Below, one piece after another: positions 12,846-27,995 of a stretch of 64,000 nt of DNA (positions are counted from its first letter, which is position 1; each line of letters opens with the position of its first letter). The stretch spans positions 17,794,001 through 17,858,000 of the forward strand of contig OZ059894.1 in NCBI GenBank assembly GCA_964057225.1, written 5' to 3'. Origin of the DNA: Auanema rhodensis. Its lineage: Eukaryota; Animalia; Nematoda. The position numbers and the translations under genes were made by a program. The notes under the pieces were generated by a model. That model ran no database searches, had not been told where the DNA came from, and saw only the letters and a program-made list of their open reading frames with translations.

Positions 12846-14887
12846 GAATTTAAAAATATTTTTTATAAATTATTGAAAATGGTAAAAATATGAAAAATCT
12901 TACTTTCGAGCATATATGGCTTGTCGCATAATTCCTGTTCGATTGGCTTCCAATTTTGCTTCTTCTGCACATTGCTCAAAGAATTCTGAATATCTATGTA
13001 AATGATGTGAACAATTGTAATTTATAAAGTAAACCTCTGAGTTTATGTACATCAGGCATTATATGCTCTTGAAGTTCTGTCATCTGGGCTCCTGTCATCT
13101 TGAGAGCCATTTCTAAATGTTCTAATGCTTTCTCAGCTGCCTGCAAGATGATTTTCATTATAATTAATATTAAAGTTGATTTACTTGTAGTTGTCGTTCT
13201 GCACCCATACGAGCAATTACTTGTTCACGTAATTCAGTCTCTGTTAATTCTTTTTGTTCATTTACTTCCTAATAAAATTATTTTTTTTTATAAATTTGAA
13301 AGAAAAAACCTTTAAATTTATTAGTAAATCTTTTGTTTGTTGTGTATAATATTGTCTTTCTTTCTCTAAATCATCAGTTTTCGTTTCATTTAATCGAAGT
13401 CTAAATGATTTTCGTTGACAGAAAAAAACTTTTTGTTTCCAAACTTACAAATGCTCAATCTTATCTTTTTCCGTTTGAATACAGTTGGTTTTCGTTTCAA
13501 TTTCAAGCAAACGATTCTTAAGTTGACATGTAGTTGTCGATAGATTCTGCTTTTCCAGTAGAAACTGTTCCCTTTCTCTCAAAATGGATTGCATTTGTTC
13601 TTGAATTTTTTCTTTTTCAATATTCAAAGACTAAAAAAATAAATTAATAATAGTATTATTAACTATAACAAAAAAAAACCTCCATATTAGCTTGAAGAAA
13701 CTCTGTTTTAGAATTTAATGATAACTTTTCTTGTTCTAATGTCTTTTTCATTTCACTTGTTAATTTTAATTCACTATAATTATTATTTTTAATTTGTAAA
13801 TAATATATTTAAACATACTTTTTAACATTTTGAAGATCATCACGTAATTTCTTTAATGTTTTTATAAGTTTTTCACGTTCTTCTTCAAGTTCTTCTTTAA
13901 CTCTAGATAATTCCTAAAGATTACTTTAATTATCATAATTATATGTTATATTCATGTAATCATCTAAAAACAAGAAAAAGATTTCGTACATCTGCTCGAT
14001 CATGTTCCTTTTGACGTTCTCTGGCCTCTTTCTCAAGTCGTTCTTCATATCCTTTCTTCTCTTCATTCAACATAACTCCTCTAGTTTCCAATTCGCGAAT
14101 CATTGTCTCACCATTTATAGTATTCTTATATGATCTATAAATATATAATTTATATAATTAATAATAAAATATCTTAAAACATACACTTTTGTGGCTGTAC
14201 GTAAAGCTTTCAACCACATTTCTTGGCTTTTAGCATCACTGGCAGCAACAATGATTGCTGATGGAAGTTGAGGATGTGCAATCAGAAGGCAATGCTTCTT
14301 ACCAACATCACCACCACAAACAATAGAACATCCAATTAAAGGAATTATTCCCTAAAATTAAAAATAAGCCATCTTGATTCAACAAGTTTGTTAGAATTCA
14401 CCTTAGGATGCAAATCAATTCGACGAGTTTTCTCAAAGCTTTTCTTGAAACGAGAAGCATAATAAATCAAAAAGCATTCTTTAAGTAAGAAAAATCTACA
14501 AAAACAAAGAAATGAAGTTATTGAAAGAAATAATTTTCTGTTTAAAAACCTTTTAGTCCATTTTGCTGGACGATTTTTCTTCTTATATTTCTTCAATAAC
14601 TGTCCATAGCATTGCACACCAAGAACTGGTCCAAGCTCTTCATAATGGCCTTCTTCAGGAGTCAAATCATAAGGATTATCTTTTTTTCGACTAACACCAA
14701 GATTTGAAAACTAAATATTTGAGTTATAATAAAAATATTTAAATATTTATATAATTACTTGAAATGATAAACTTCTTAAAATTCCTTTTTTTTCTTTTTG
14801 ATTAGCAGGTGGTGGAGGTCCAATTTTTTTATCTTTAACAGTTGATACTGGAGCAACTTTTTTGGAATCCACTTTGCCTGTGGTCAT
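12432..14887 (-). CDS. PH-domain plus coiled-coil protein, PLEKHD1-like
   Basis: PH domain GQLLKKYKKKNRPAKWTKR|FFLLKECFLIYY...RIDLHPK|GIIPLIGC...QEMWLKALRTA, followed by a long E/K/Q/R coiled coil. The FF..KE.FL.YY and HPKG.IPL.GC pattern is what I recall for PLEKHD1. Confidence 0.85.
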
Positions 14888-17398
14888 CCTGTTCTAGGAA
14901 TTTTATAATAAAATTTAACAAAAAAAAGAAAACAAAAACTATGAAAATTATAAAAAATAAATAAAATTTAATAGAAAATGTTATAAATATAAATAATTCT
15001 TAAAATATATTCAATATAAATGACTAAATCACATATGATGATGAAGGATAAGATATGTCTGAACGGACACATTGGAGGTTGGCCGCTGGCCCACTCTCTC
15101 ATACCATTGTGACAGTCTCAAAACACGACAACACTAGAAGCTTGATGTTGAGCGCATTCCGGAACGGATTTCCGGCTTTTTTCGATGCAGAAACCTTTTT
15201 TTAGCTCCGAAATTCAAGCTCAGGATTGGTTTAAATAGGAAAAACGAATCTACAAATCTAGAATGTAAGCTGTCATGAGACAATCTTTGATTATGGATCC
15301 AATAGAAGAAATGAATTTTAAATGAGTGGAGTAGAGGGGATGGAAGAACCCAGATTAAAATGGAAATTAAGGGGAATAGAGGAACGGAGAATATAAAAGA
15401 TAAAGATAAAGCAAATGAAAGAGAATGTAAAGGTGAAATGACAATAATCAGCAAATGGCTAGAAGTGAAATAACCTGTGAATATTAGAATGACCTAATAT
15501 ATAGAATTTAGAAATGTTTATGTCCTTTTCCTTATAAGGGATACTGAAACATGACTTGCCTCTGTCTCCTCTCTTCGATATGGAGAAGGGTTGGGAGGGT
15601 AAGGGTAGAGTGAAGGAGAAAAGATAACCCGAAAAGAGAAACTATTACGATCTGCATAGAATTAGTCAAAATTTCGTGAATCAAAGACAACGAGCAAGAC
15701 AGATATGATGAAGAAGATGAAGAAGAATAAGTGAGAAGTGATGAAATAGAGATAAAGATGTTAATAACGATATTGAGACATCTTCTTATCCATTTGTTAG
15801 AAAATATAAATTTCTCATTCCATAACATAATCCTCTTCATTTCATATATTCTTTTTCATATCTCTTGTCTATTCTATATGAACCTATCAAACTCAGACAA
15901 TAAATTTTGAAATTTCAATAATTTTCTATATATGATCAGCATTCTTTAATGGATTTAATATGAAGAGCCAAGTCATTTGACATGAATGAAAAGACAATTT
16001 CAAGAAGATTTTAATATTTTAAAATAAAAGATTAAAAGAGATCAATATATACATCAATCAATACATATAATAATTTAAATTATTTCATAAAAATTATAAT
16101 AAATCATATCATATAAATCATATTATACACATATCGAGGTATGAAATGAGTAACTGCTTTTTTTTTAATTTCATTTCATTTTCAAATATTTAACAAAGAA
16201 AAAAAGAAAATATTATATAATATATGTCTTGATGTGTATATATAATATATTAAGAATAGGTTGTATAAATCTTCTATTTATTTCTTTAAGATCAACAAAG
16301 TTTTGACATTTTGACACCAAGATCTCGCGGAGCTCTGCTTGACTTCCACAACCGCAACTTTCACTAATGAATCAGCTTTAAATTTGGAAAATTACAATTG
16401 AAAGAAAGAAAATATAATATAGATAGATATAGATTTTTATATAAATTCTAAATATATAAGTTATTATCATTGATAATAGTTTATAATAAAGTTTTTGTTA
16501 ATCTAAGCTTACTTTGTAAATCACTTATCGATGGTATATTACTTAGGTCATGACACTTGTTTTTTGTTTTAAAAGCAGATGTTATGAAGCCCCAACAGCA
16601 AGATATTAACCTAGGAAACGTGACATTCACACGTGAGACTAATACTATTTCATTCTAAGTAGACATGTAATGCGGTTGTTTCTTTATCTTCCTCTACAAC
16701 ATTTTCTTTATCTCTCTTTCTCTCTCTCCCTCACTCCTTTTATTTCTCTCATTCTTTCTATATCTATATATTATACCTTTCAAACTCTCTATATTTCATA
16801 TGACACTATGTAATCTCTAATCGACCTCTGTATTCGTCTGAAACGATAGAGGTCACTTATAGTCCTCCTTCTTTCACTTATTCCATACTTACTTCATCCA
16901 TTCCAAGCAGCATACTATGCAATTTTCTGACCCTATCAACTATAACTATATAATTATTTGTTTTTATTATTATTATTCTTAATTATTTATATTATTTTTT
17001 TCAAAAAATATTTTAAATTTATAATCTTTTTCATATCTTTATTATCATTTTTAACTATATTTAACTATATGTATCATACTTTTTCTAATATACATATTCA
17101 TATTTTATTTTCCTTTTCCTTTTTTTCTTCAAAATCTATAATATTTTTTTATTTTTCAAACCTATGCCCTTCTTATATTGATTAAACATAAAGAAAAATA
17201 GAAGAAAGTATTGTTCTATATATCCTCCATATGTTACGTTATAATGACTTTTCTCCTTTAGATTCAGTTTAAACTGAATGAAATACTTTTTTTTCTTCAT
17301 AAATTATTTTCTTCTTTCATCTTCTTATTGGTTTTTTTTTCATTTTAACATTTGAAATAATCATTTTCAGGGGTATATTGAATCATTTCACTTAGAGC

Positions 17399-18904
17399 AT
17401 GATGATGACAAGAAGACGACGAAAGGTAAAACTTCTTTTCTTATCGTATTCTAAACATTTCTTCAGGCGGCTTGTGCTGAATCTGGTAGTCCAGTAACAA
17501 ATGAAACTCAGGAAATCAAATCGAAGAAAGCACGTGAAGAGTCTGCTGTAGAGAGAACTTCTGACTCTTCACCTATATCAGATGCTTCGGATTTGATGGA
17601 ACGCATGAGCTTAAGCAATGAATCAGTCCGGTCGAAACCAACTTCACCTCCACCGGAGCTAGAATTTCAAGGACACGAGCCTACAACACCCCATATTCCA
17701 CAGCCAAATCACCAATTCATTCATCAAGTTATAAACTTTCATGACATTGATATTGATCAGTTCTTGCACGGCTCGGAGCTAAATTTTCTGGACAATATTG
17801 AGTCATCAGCAGAGCTTGCCGCTCCAGTGTTATCGCCTGTAGTTGATCCAATCAACGTCAGTCCAAATAGCTCTCGATGTATTACACCTCCACCAAGATT
17901 AGATTCACCTAATATTAAAGCCGAAGAAGTTTTTGAAACTCCTGAAAAGATAAATATAACTGAAGTTACTACAAAGGTGTCTAATGAATCTCCATTGTCT
18001 TCATCATCATCTCATAATGATCAAAGTCCTCCTCCGTTACTTCCATACGCTCTAACATACGCAGCAAGCTCAAAAAATCCAACTTCATCATCAGATGATG
18101 ACGATCATAATCCGAAATCATTTGAAAAAACGTCGAAAACATCTTGGAAAGCTTTGAAGGATCTCGGTAAAACCGTAGCAAAAACCTTAACATCGAAATT
18201 ATCAACAACATCTGATCCACTAACACCTCCACAACCAATATCAATAAAGGTCTATCTTCTTTTTTTCATATCTATTTATGAAATTTTTGTTTCAGATTTC
18301 AAAGAAAAAAGGAAGAAAACCAAAAACTTTTCGAGGACGAAATGCTAAGTTGAAAGAAGAATCAAGAAAAAAAGATGTTGAGATTGAAAATGAAGAGAAG
18401 AAAGTTCGTCAAGGGGTTAGTTGAAAAGAAAATTTATAATTTGCATATAATTTATTACGTTTAAGTATATGCCAATGCTAGAATATCATGGCCGAAGTAT
18501 GCGGAGAGTAAGTTTTGCCGAGAAATTGAAGGTGAATAATTTGTTTTTAGAAATGTTTCATGCTGGGACTAACGCCCAGTGACGTTAATGATATTCGATT
18601 AACCATTATTGATTTAATGCAAAAAGTTGTAGATCTGCCACCTATTCAAGTAAAAAAGGTTATTAGAGTTTTAGAAACTAATTTAAATATCAAAATTATT
18701 AATTTAAAAATAATTTTTATAAGGCAATCTATACGTATATCTTTAAATTATTTCTATTTACAGCAACGAGCTAGAAAGGTTGTAGATACAACTCGAGACT
18801 TCTTCCTTCGTTCTCGTCCGGGTCGTAACAATCTTTCGGATATGACACAGAAAGAAATTGAAGAAACAACTACAGAACAAAGCATAAAGAAGGAGGATTG
18901 TTAA
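17399..18904 (+). CDS. Uncharacterised S/P/T-rich, probably nuclear protein with basic stretches and a small folded C-terminal region
   Basis: Six exons assemble in frame: MMMTRRRRK|AACAESGSP...(includes the 251-aa ORF)...ISIK|ISKKKGRKPK...|YMPMLEYHGRSMRR|KCFMLGLTPSDVNDIRL...|QRARKVVDTTRDFFLRSR...EDC*. A TTTTCAG acceptor lies just upstream of the ATG. Confidence 0.75.
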
Positions 18905-19614
18905 AGAATTTTTGCTCAAATAGAATAATATGGGTTTTTAACTGTTAAATGATACTCAATTTGTATTTTTTTTATAAAAAAAACATCTTTTTTCATATAT
19001 TTGTATATAATTATAATAAAATATATTATATCTTTTACTTTTATAATAATATTAATGATATAATAAACAGGATAGGATTATAAGAATTAGGTTGTATATC
19101 AGGCAATTCCTTAATTGATTAGAAAAAACTGGTATAACTTTCCAAAAACATGAAAAAGCTCATTTATCATTAAACATCTTTAGAAGTAAACATCTTTTAG
19201 TTTTTATTTTCTGTTATTTAAATGTAATAACATTCTAACCTTTTCTATATCTTTTATACAAAAACATTTTTTTTTCATTAGATTACTTGAAAATTTTCAT
19301 AAAATTTTATAAAATTCTTCATACATTATTTTAAAATTATTTTTATTTGAAATAAATTTTTTATAAAGAAATACTATCTTTTTTTTCCTTTACGGTAAAA
19401 AAATAATCGTTAGGTTTAGTTGGTCGCGTACTCTCTTAATCTCATCCTCTCTATCCTGACCCATTTTCAGACTTGGCCTTGTTCCTGTAACGCTCGTAAC
19501 CACAAACTATTCACGTTTCTTCTCTTCTTATTATTAATCTACATCTTTTTTTTAAATAAAACTATTCATATAGTTTAGAATTATTTTTTATTTTATTTAA
19601 TTTTTAGAATTATC

Positions 19615-22383
19615 ATGCCCATTTCACCAGAAGATCTGGAGAGAATCAAACAATTGCGTGAATTGGTCAAGGACCAGGTAGGATTCAAAGATTATATTCC
19701 AATCGATATTCCATTCTAAATTATCTTGAATCTAGATTTTTGAATATAAAAATAATGAAATTTCAACCTTTTTTATTTTAAAATTAAAGATTTTCATTTA
19801 AGATTACCCCATATTATGATACGGATTTCAACCTTCTCAGATGGTTAAAGGTTATTAAAGCTAAAATATTTAAATATTTGAATTTTTTATTTTTCAGGGT
19901 CATGATAATGATTTGAAAGTCATTGTTCCAAAACTTGTAAGCCATTTGAAATTAAGAAGTTCTGACTGGCAATTGGATAAAGTTGCTGATGCTCCTCGTG
20001 ATCACCAAGTTCATGATCACTGGAAAGTAGGTTTAAAACTTTTTTTATCATGTATTATATTAATTATATTATATTTACATAAATATTTACTATATTATAG
20101 TCAGGACTAACTGGACCAGCTGTTTTAACTAAAAATGTTATTGTAAATATTGAACAATCAGGAAATAATGATTATTGGGGATTACTTAAAACATATCCAA
20201 TCAATGATGTTTTAAGGTAATTATAATTTAAAAATTAAAATTAATTTATATGATTTTTAAAAAATATTTGATTTAGAGCACGTGTGTATGATTTGGAAAG
20301 TATGCTTAGAGCTGTAATGAAAATGGAAGAAGAAACAGGTAGATCTATATAGAATTATGCTAATTATGCTAATTATATAAGAAAAAATTTACAAAAATAT
20401 AAATTTAAGGAGAACAATGTTCAATTTTATATATAATGGATTTATCTGGAATAGTTATGGATCGTCATACAATTACCTTGATGACTGGTGGCTTATCTGC
20501 TATTAGTGCTTTCATGTCTGAGCATTATGTTGAATTGGTTCATTCATTTGTTTTAGTGAATGTTCCAACCTTCATATCAGCAATTTGGTAAGTTTTTTCA
20601 TCAAATTCAATTTCTATAATCAGAATAATACGCATAAATAAAAAAAGTTTGGCAGAAAAGTTGTTGCAAAAAATCAAAATTCTTAAATATTGATGATTTT
20701 TTGAATATAATATACATAGTATTAAAATAAAAATCCTTTTTCTTTTTCATATTCATTATAACTACTTATTCATTTATATATTTTAAATTATTATTCTTAC
20801 ATTCTATAAGTATATTATATATAATTAAAGTTTTAATATATAAATTATATAATTTTTGATTATTAAAAAATTCAAACTATTAGAAAATAAATGATACATA
20901 ATTAGCATAATTTAACACGTCGTACGTCGTACAAGTTCTCATTTATTTTTTAAGAATTCTAAATAAACGGTTGTTTTTGAATTTCTTATAAAATAATTTT
21001 CTAAATAAATTTGTTTGAAGTATTTATTTACTATATTTTAGGTCAATTGCTAAGCCTTTACTTCCGGAAAGAACTCGTCTGAAGGTTAACATCCTAGGTG
21101 GTAGCTGGCGTGAAGATATTCAGAAGATTGCAGTTCCCTCTACTTTACCTTCATATTGGAATTTAGAAGGAGAAAAAGGGGTATATTATACATTACTGAT
21201 ACAGATAATTTATTTGTCTTATTACTATTTTTCAGCCATTTACTGCCAATGTTGAAATTGGATTACCATTTCCGGAATCGGAATATTACAAGAATGGTGT
21301 TGCACAAGGATCTCAAGTGCTTTCGGTACCAGCAGGAAAAACTGGATACTTTGATATTGCAGTGAAAAAGGTATAATTGTAATTTGAAAAAAGTTTAAAA
21401 TATCAGGGAATGGAGAGATTTTGGATATGACTGAATTGATCTTTAATCAGTTAATCAGCTATCTATGTATTCGTTTGTTCACGTTTTCTACTGAATATAA
21501 GCGTTTCTCATATGATATATTATATTAAATGTTCATTGTGATTCAATGAATTTGAAAAAAAAAGAAGGAGGACGGACATCAGAATATGAAAACGATCTTG
21601 ATATTCATAACAACGTATGAAATATATAAAACTACATATGTATAAAAGTACCAAAAGTTTATCCAGAAGTACTGTTTCGAAAAAAAGCTGAAATTGAATA
21701 ATAAACATTGAATATATTACTTAAAAATCTAAAAATAAAAATGTTCTTTATGAAAACATCAAACTTTTTACATTTTAAATTAATATATTAAACGATAATT
21801 TGATAATTAATATATTTCTTTTATTATAAATTAACATATAAATATAGCTACTTATACATTTAATTTTCAGAATTCAAAGCTTCGTTGGGAAATTCATGCC
21901 AGTGGTCATTTTGCATTCTGCATCTACAAACTTGACGCAGCCATAGGAGATGATTACTCCAAACTTGAACGAGCTTATCCATTGTTTAGTGTGAGATTTT
22001 TAATCATTTTTCAATTTCTCACTAGTTTCTATGTTAAAATTCAATTTTTTATACTAAAAAATATTCTAAATTCTAATAGCGCTCACATAAATCTATATGT
22101 GAAATTCTCGGAAACATATTTGAAAATTCTGATAACCTGAAACAGATTCGCTTGAATTGAAGCCAATTTATTAGAGAATATAGATTATCTATTATATATA
22201 TAAATTTAAATTTAAATAATAGACATGATAGCATTTTGCTTTCAGAAGGTACCAGGACCAACTTTTGTGCCATGTATTGATGAGATTCCATGTATGGAAG
22301 ATGCAAACTATCGGTTTTGGTTTGGAAATGAACATGCATGGTTACATACACTCAAAATTTCTCATTTAATTACAAATACTTAA
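19615..22383 (+). CDS. SEC14-like CRAL-TRIO plus GOLD domain lipid-binding protein (ctg-type)
   Basis: YYDTDFNLLRWLK|GH, ILYIMDLSG, EHYVELVHSFVLVNVPTFISAIW|SIAKPLLPERTRLKVNILG, and a GOLD-like C-terminus VPAGK...YRFWFGNEHAWLHTLKI. Confidence 0.92.
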
Positions 22384-23074
22384 CCATGTATTTTATATAA
22401 TTTTATGTGTTTTTTTTATAAAAAATGAAGAAAGAACAATATGAAGAATAAATTTATTCTTTACGAGTTTGCTGACTACCCGTCATATACAACATTGACT
22501 ATAAAGTATTTAACTATAATATATAATCAAATCGGACACATAATAAAGAAATTTTTGAGTAAAATGAAAAAAAAAAAGTTTTCTATATTATTGAAATAAA
22601 ATAAAAAAGAAATTCTTAAATGTTTTCATAAGTGAATATTCATAACACATTTGATATATTAGTATATATATTATATGTATAATATATATATTTAATGATA
22701 AAATAAGTCAACAAAAGAAAATGAAAACAAATATGAATTGATATAGTTAAAGATACTAATAATCTTCTTCTTCTTTTTTTTAATTGTAAAAGAGAGAGAG
22801 AGAGAGAAAAAGAGAGAGAGAGAAAGAGAGAAAGAAAAATCTCTTCGTTTTATTTCTTTTGGCAACTCTTTTCATCAAGAAAATTTTAAAAAATAACACA
22901 AAACATAGTGAGCAATACAGTATATGGCGTTGGATTAGATACAAATAAATTTCTTAAAACATTACATAAATTTTAATTTTTCTTTTTGATAAAATGAAAT
23001 ATCCTTTCTTAAAAAATAAAAATCTTAAAATTGCCATGATTTCCCGATGTGAAGCATTTTCAAATTTACTAAGG

Positions 23075-24389
23075 TTATTCTATAGGCGCAATGACGTCAT
23101 CGCCTTTTTTTGTACATCTATTTGGACTAGCTTGTGTATCTAGTCTATTAGCTGATGTACTAGTTGGTAGTTCCGGATAATTTGTTATTTGGCTGTAACT
23201 TGGAGGTGAAGGGTATGGAGGTGGTGCTGCTATTCCGGGTATTCCCTGAAACGAAAGTAGAAAAATGTTCAATCAATGTGAAAGCATGACAAACCTGAAA
23301 CCGGCGTGGATCTCGCATAGAGGCTAGAGGTGATCCGTTATTAACTGAATAGGGAGGTACATATACAGGGTAACTGAAGTCTGTTACCGACATAACTTCT
23401 GAATAATAACCTGAAATATATCAAATAAGAGAGGAAATTTGAAAATTATAATGTTTGAAATGAGATTTCGTATAGATAAAGTTGAGAAAAGTGCTATATA
23501 TTGATAAATAAGTTAATAAAAGTACAAACTTGGTGGTGGAATGTATGGCTCTGTACTGGCAGTATTATTTCCACAACTTGCTTGACTACTATGTTGAGCT
23601 TCACTCGAGTGATTTACTATAGCAGGTATAGTTACACTAGTTGTACTTGGATTTGATCTTTGTCGAATGGTTGACCAATGATTATGTGAAGATCTGGAAA
23701 AAAAATAATTCGGAAATTGAAGTAATTATATATAAATATAATAAAATATAATTGAATTTTATGAAAAATAAATGAGAAATTGCTTATATATTTTACAGAA
23801 ATTTTACATATTATTTAATAGAATTCAATTTAATTTTAGAGAAAGAAAAAAAACAAATTTATTGATTATATTCTTTAGAATATAAAAGGAATATAGAAAT
23901 TTGTACTATTAACTATATAATCTATTTTATCTTTTATCTTTTCAAATAGGTTAATTCTATTGAAATTTATAGATCATATAGTTCTAATGTATTGATGTAA
24001 AACTTCTTTTGAATCAAAACGATATGACGTATATTCATTTATTTTTATTTTCAGATATCTCATTCTCAATCTAAAATTAGATAATTAAGTAGGAGTTAGA
24101 AATAAAAAAAGAAAAGGCTTCAATTTTTGAATTCCAAAATCTTGTTTTGTTCTCTATCTCTCTATGTTTATAACTATTTCTCATTTTTACCTCTCAACCT
24201 CTATCTCATCTTCAGATTCTAAATCTTAAAATTATAAAAATAAATAAAGTTGCAAACGATTTTGTGTGAGTTATAAACTTACTTTGCAAGAAAACAAGAT
24301 CGAAGAATTATAATTAATATAAAAACAGCAGCAAAGAGAATAAAGGGCACAATGACGAAAAGAGAGTTTGCTATTCCAAGTTCCAACAT
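23075..24389 (-). CDS. Small single-pass (type III-like) membrane protein with three cytoplasmic PPxY motifs
   Basis: Four exons: MLELGIANSLFVIVPFILFAAVFILIIILRSCFLAK|SSHNHW...YIPPP|SYYSE...VPPYS...RFQ|GIPGIAAPPPYPSPPSYSQ...APIE*. There is an in-frame stop upstream of the ATG, and splice phases are consistent. Confidence 0.8.
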
Positions 24390-27300
24390 ACCCACATCAT
24401 CTAACAATTCACCAATCTGTATCTGTCGTATGTTTTATTTACAAACAGACCAAATAAACTGAAAAGGAAAATAACGTTTATTATAGATAAAAACAATGAA
24501 AATCAACAAAAACTACAAGCTATATGACGCACATAAACATGTTGAAATGATAGCTGTTGCTATAACTAGATATTTAAGTTGAAAAAGTTCTAAGAAACAT
24601 GAAAAATGCTCCGCATTGTCAACAACGTCAACGATGTGTGAAAGCTGACGCTTTTTGCCATATTTTCATGATTTTTGGAGGAAATAAACTTATTACTTGA
24701 ATGAAATCATAAATGACAAGGTTAGTACATTATGAACTAGTTCACAATGAGATAGTTGAGGAAGCAGGTAATTGAATTGAATGGTCAAATAGCTTAATAG
24801 AATAATTGAAAATAGAATATACTGTTGATATGTATGTATGTACATGTGGATATACTATACTATATATTATGTAAATATAGATAAAAGAATGAGTCATAAT
24901 CAAGAGAAAAGTAAGAATATGAGATAATTGAAAAAGTAAAATAATTTGAAAAGAAAATTAGCTCAAAAGAAATAGAAAGTTAAATTGAAATTTTTAAAAA
25001 AATGTTTAAGATTAAGACATTCTTATTATTCTTGTAATGAATATACATATTATATTAAAAAATAGTAATTACTAATTGTAAAATGGATTTGAAAATATAA
25101 AAATTTAAAAAATACATATAGACCTGTGTACGTGTGCATAAACCGGCCACAAATCGTATTCAGAAGAGAACGAACATAAATTTTTTGCTCAAAAACTGTT
25201 TTGTCTTCATCAACTTCTAGTCAATATCATCTAATTTTTTTTCTTTTTCTCTCTTTCGACTTCTAATTTTTTGCTGAAAAAAAGGAAAAAATTAGCAACA
25301 TTTTGATTTTAAAATCTTTGAACAACAATAGAATGAAATGAATTATATGAGTTATAAAAATAAAATGATGTACATTTATATGAAGACAGACAAAATAATT
25401 TTAGATTTATTAATATTTAATAATATAATTTTTATAAATTTATATAAAAAATAGAATATCTATCTATATACATATAAATAATTTTAAATAAATACAAATA
25501 TTACCTAGAACTACTATTGAAATACGACAGACAGTTAGAGTAGTACTGTCATTAAAAATAAAAAAAATATATATATTTCAAAACATAAAGATCATTATAA
25601 TATTGTAATAAGTTCATTAATATTATATATATATATATATATTCTTATTTATATACAATGTTATTTTTTGTTTCTCTCTCTCTCTCTATCTCATAAGACA
25701 AGCCAACTATTAACTATAAATTAATAATAAGTATTATTGATATGAACTATTCCATAAGAACAGAAAAAAACTGTACATATAGAAATATAGAAATTATAGA
25801 AAATTTGAATTTTTTTTTGAATAAAATAAAGATTTGATGGTGGTAGTAGTGTACGAACTAAACTAATTGAATACTGTAGCTAATACGAATGATGATTTCA
25901 CTCATTTTAACAGAAAATATAGTAACAACAGCAACATAGCTGATATAGAATATCATAAAAAAAAAGTTCAAACGTAATTCAGTCTTTTCATATTGCTCGT
26001 TCACACTTTTTTCATTCATTTTGACTGCTTATTGCTTCTGTGTGAGCTTACCGGGTGCTCTCAACGCCCCAGCAATCAGGCTCTTTTCGCCATCTCCAAG
26101 GAAACGCCAGCCAATTGTCACAATAATAATGGCAGTCTGAGTGAAAATCAGTGATATTTTACTTATTCACATGCACATATTGTATTAGAATTTTAGAAAA
26201 AAATATATAGAAAATATAATTCTTATATTAAAGTTATAGCCACAACTATGTATATTGAATAGTATAATGAAAAGAAAATATGTTCAAATGAAAGATAAAG
26301 AGGTAAAGGGTAAAAGAGAAAATGATAGAAACAGTATTTCTTTGATTATTGGGTATAACAATTCAAATGGAATTGATTATATACAAAAGTTAGAAGAAAA
26401 GAGCAATAGTTGGTGAATGAAAAACAAAATCTTGCAGATAGAATGGCTACTTTCAAGGCATCTGGTAAATACTTCGATGGAGTTACAACATCTCTTGCTA
26501 CGTAACACATGTGATTAGCAAGCTTTCACAACTTTTTTTTTCTTTTGAAATGAGATGAAATTTCTAATTGTGAGATTTCGAACTAATGTTTTTCGTATAA
26601 ATATTTCTATTTTATTGAAAAGAAATGATTCAAAAATACAAAAGAATGAGTAGTAATGCGATAAAGAAGGTTCAAATGGTATTTTCTTTCTTGTTTTTTG
26701 TTGGAAAAATTTTATTAAAATAGGGAATAATTATAATAAATTGTAATTAAAACAATAAATATTCTATAAAGTTTATATTATGAAAATAACCGGATTAAAC
26801 ATATTGCATTAGAATAATGAATGATGTGAATAGATTAGACCAGATGGGTCTTCCTCCTTTTCTGACAACAAATACGAAAATAGATGTAGATATGCTATAA
26901 ACGGAAATCAGTATATTTCTTACGTCAATTCATAAATATATTTATACATATAGATATATATATATATAGATAGATAGATAGATAGATGTATATGTGTGTA
27001 TGAGTTACTAATCATCAGAATAATAATTTAAAAGAAAATACAAAAGAAAGAATAAAAGAATCCATAAAACAAGAAAAACAATAGTAAAAGAACATCATAA
27101 GATAATGAAAAAAGTATTTTGATGATTATATTCAAACAAATACTTTGATTAACAATGGATAATGTCAATTATTTTATACGTAAAAAGCATAAACATTTGA
27201 AAAATGAATGATTTCAGTTTACGTCAGTAGAATTCAGAGTTCAATTTCGTGTATGTAAAGATAAAAATAGATATATACATACATGTTTATTTCTATTTAT

Positions 27301-27749
27301 ATATAATCATTATTTTTATTTTTGATGAATTATAAAGAAAAATTTGAAATTTATAAGAGAAAAGTTGAAAAAAAAGAAAAACGTTCAACCGAATGCTTCT
27401 GATAAAGTTTGGTGGAAAAATAATGTTAAAGCTAGAATGTACTTGACGGACGATTGAAACATCTTTCGTTGATAAATCTAATTTGAGAGTTAATGTGTAT
27501 CTAGAAAGATATATATCCACAGATTAGAAAAGGAGGTTGTAGTTCTAAGAAAATGAAATGAAATCTGGAATTGTCTTAAAAAACTTTTTTCTTTGCTATT
27601 GAACATGAAGATTGAAAATAAAGTTTTTTGAAATGTTATACAGAACATATGATAAGCAAGTTTTGATTTTAAACATAATTGCATAGTTTGATATCTGTTT
27701 ACAATATTCATTATAAAATAATAGTTTGAAGCACGAAAAAATTATATCA

Positions 27750-27752
<3 letters not shown>

Positions 27753-27832
<80 letters not shown>

Positions 27833-27995
27833 TCCCTCCCTCTCTCTCTCTCCCTCCCCCTCTCTCTCTCTCTCTCTCTCTCACTCTCTCTCTCTCTCTC
27901 TCCCTCCCCCTCTCTATCTCTCTCTCTCTCTCTCTCTCTCAATCTCAATCTCTCTCTCTCTCAATCTCAATCTCTCTCTCTGGCTTTCTCTCTTT
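27753..27995. repeat. Long imperfect (CT)n microsatellite
   Basis: About 240 bp of CT dinucleotide repeat with CCCT and CAATCT interruptions. It explains the spurious SLSL and RERE ORFs. Confidence 0.97.

Noticed and set aside
18780-18822. PIP-degron-like TTRDFFLRSR in the 17399 gene
   Set aside because: It lacks the Q and TD positions of the PIP-degron consensus.
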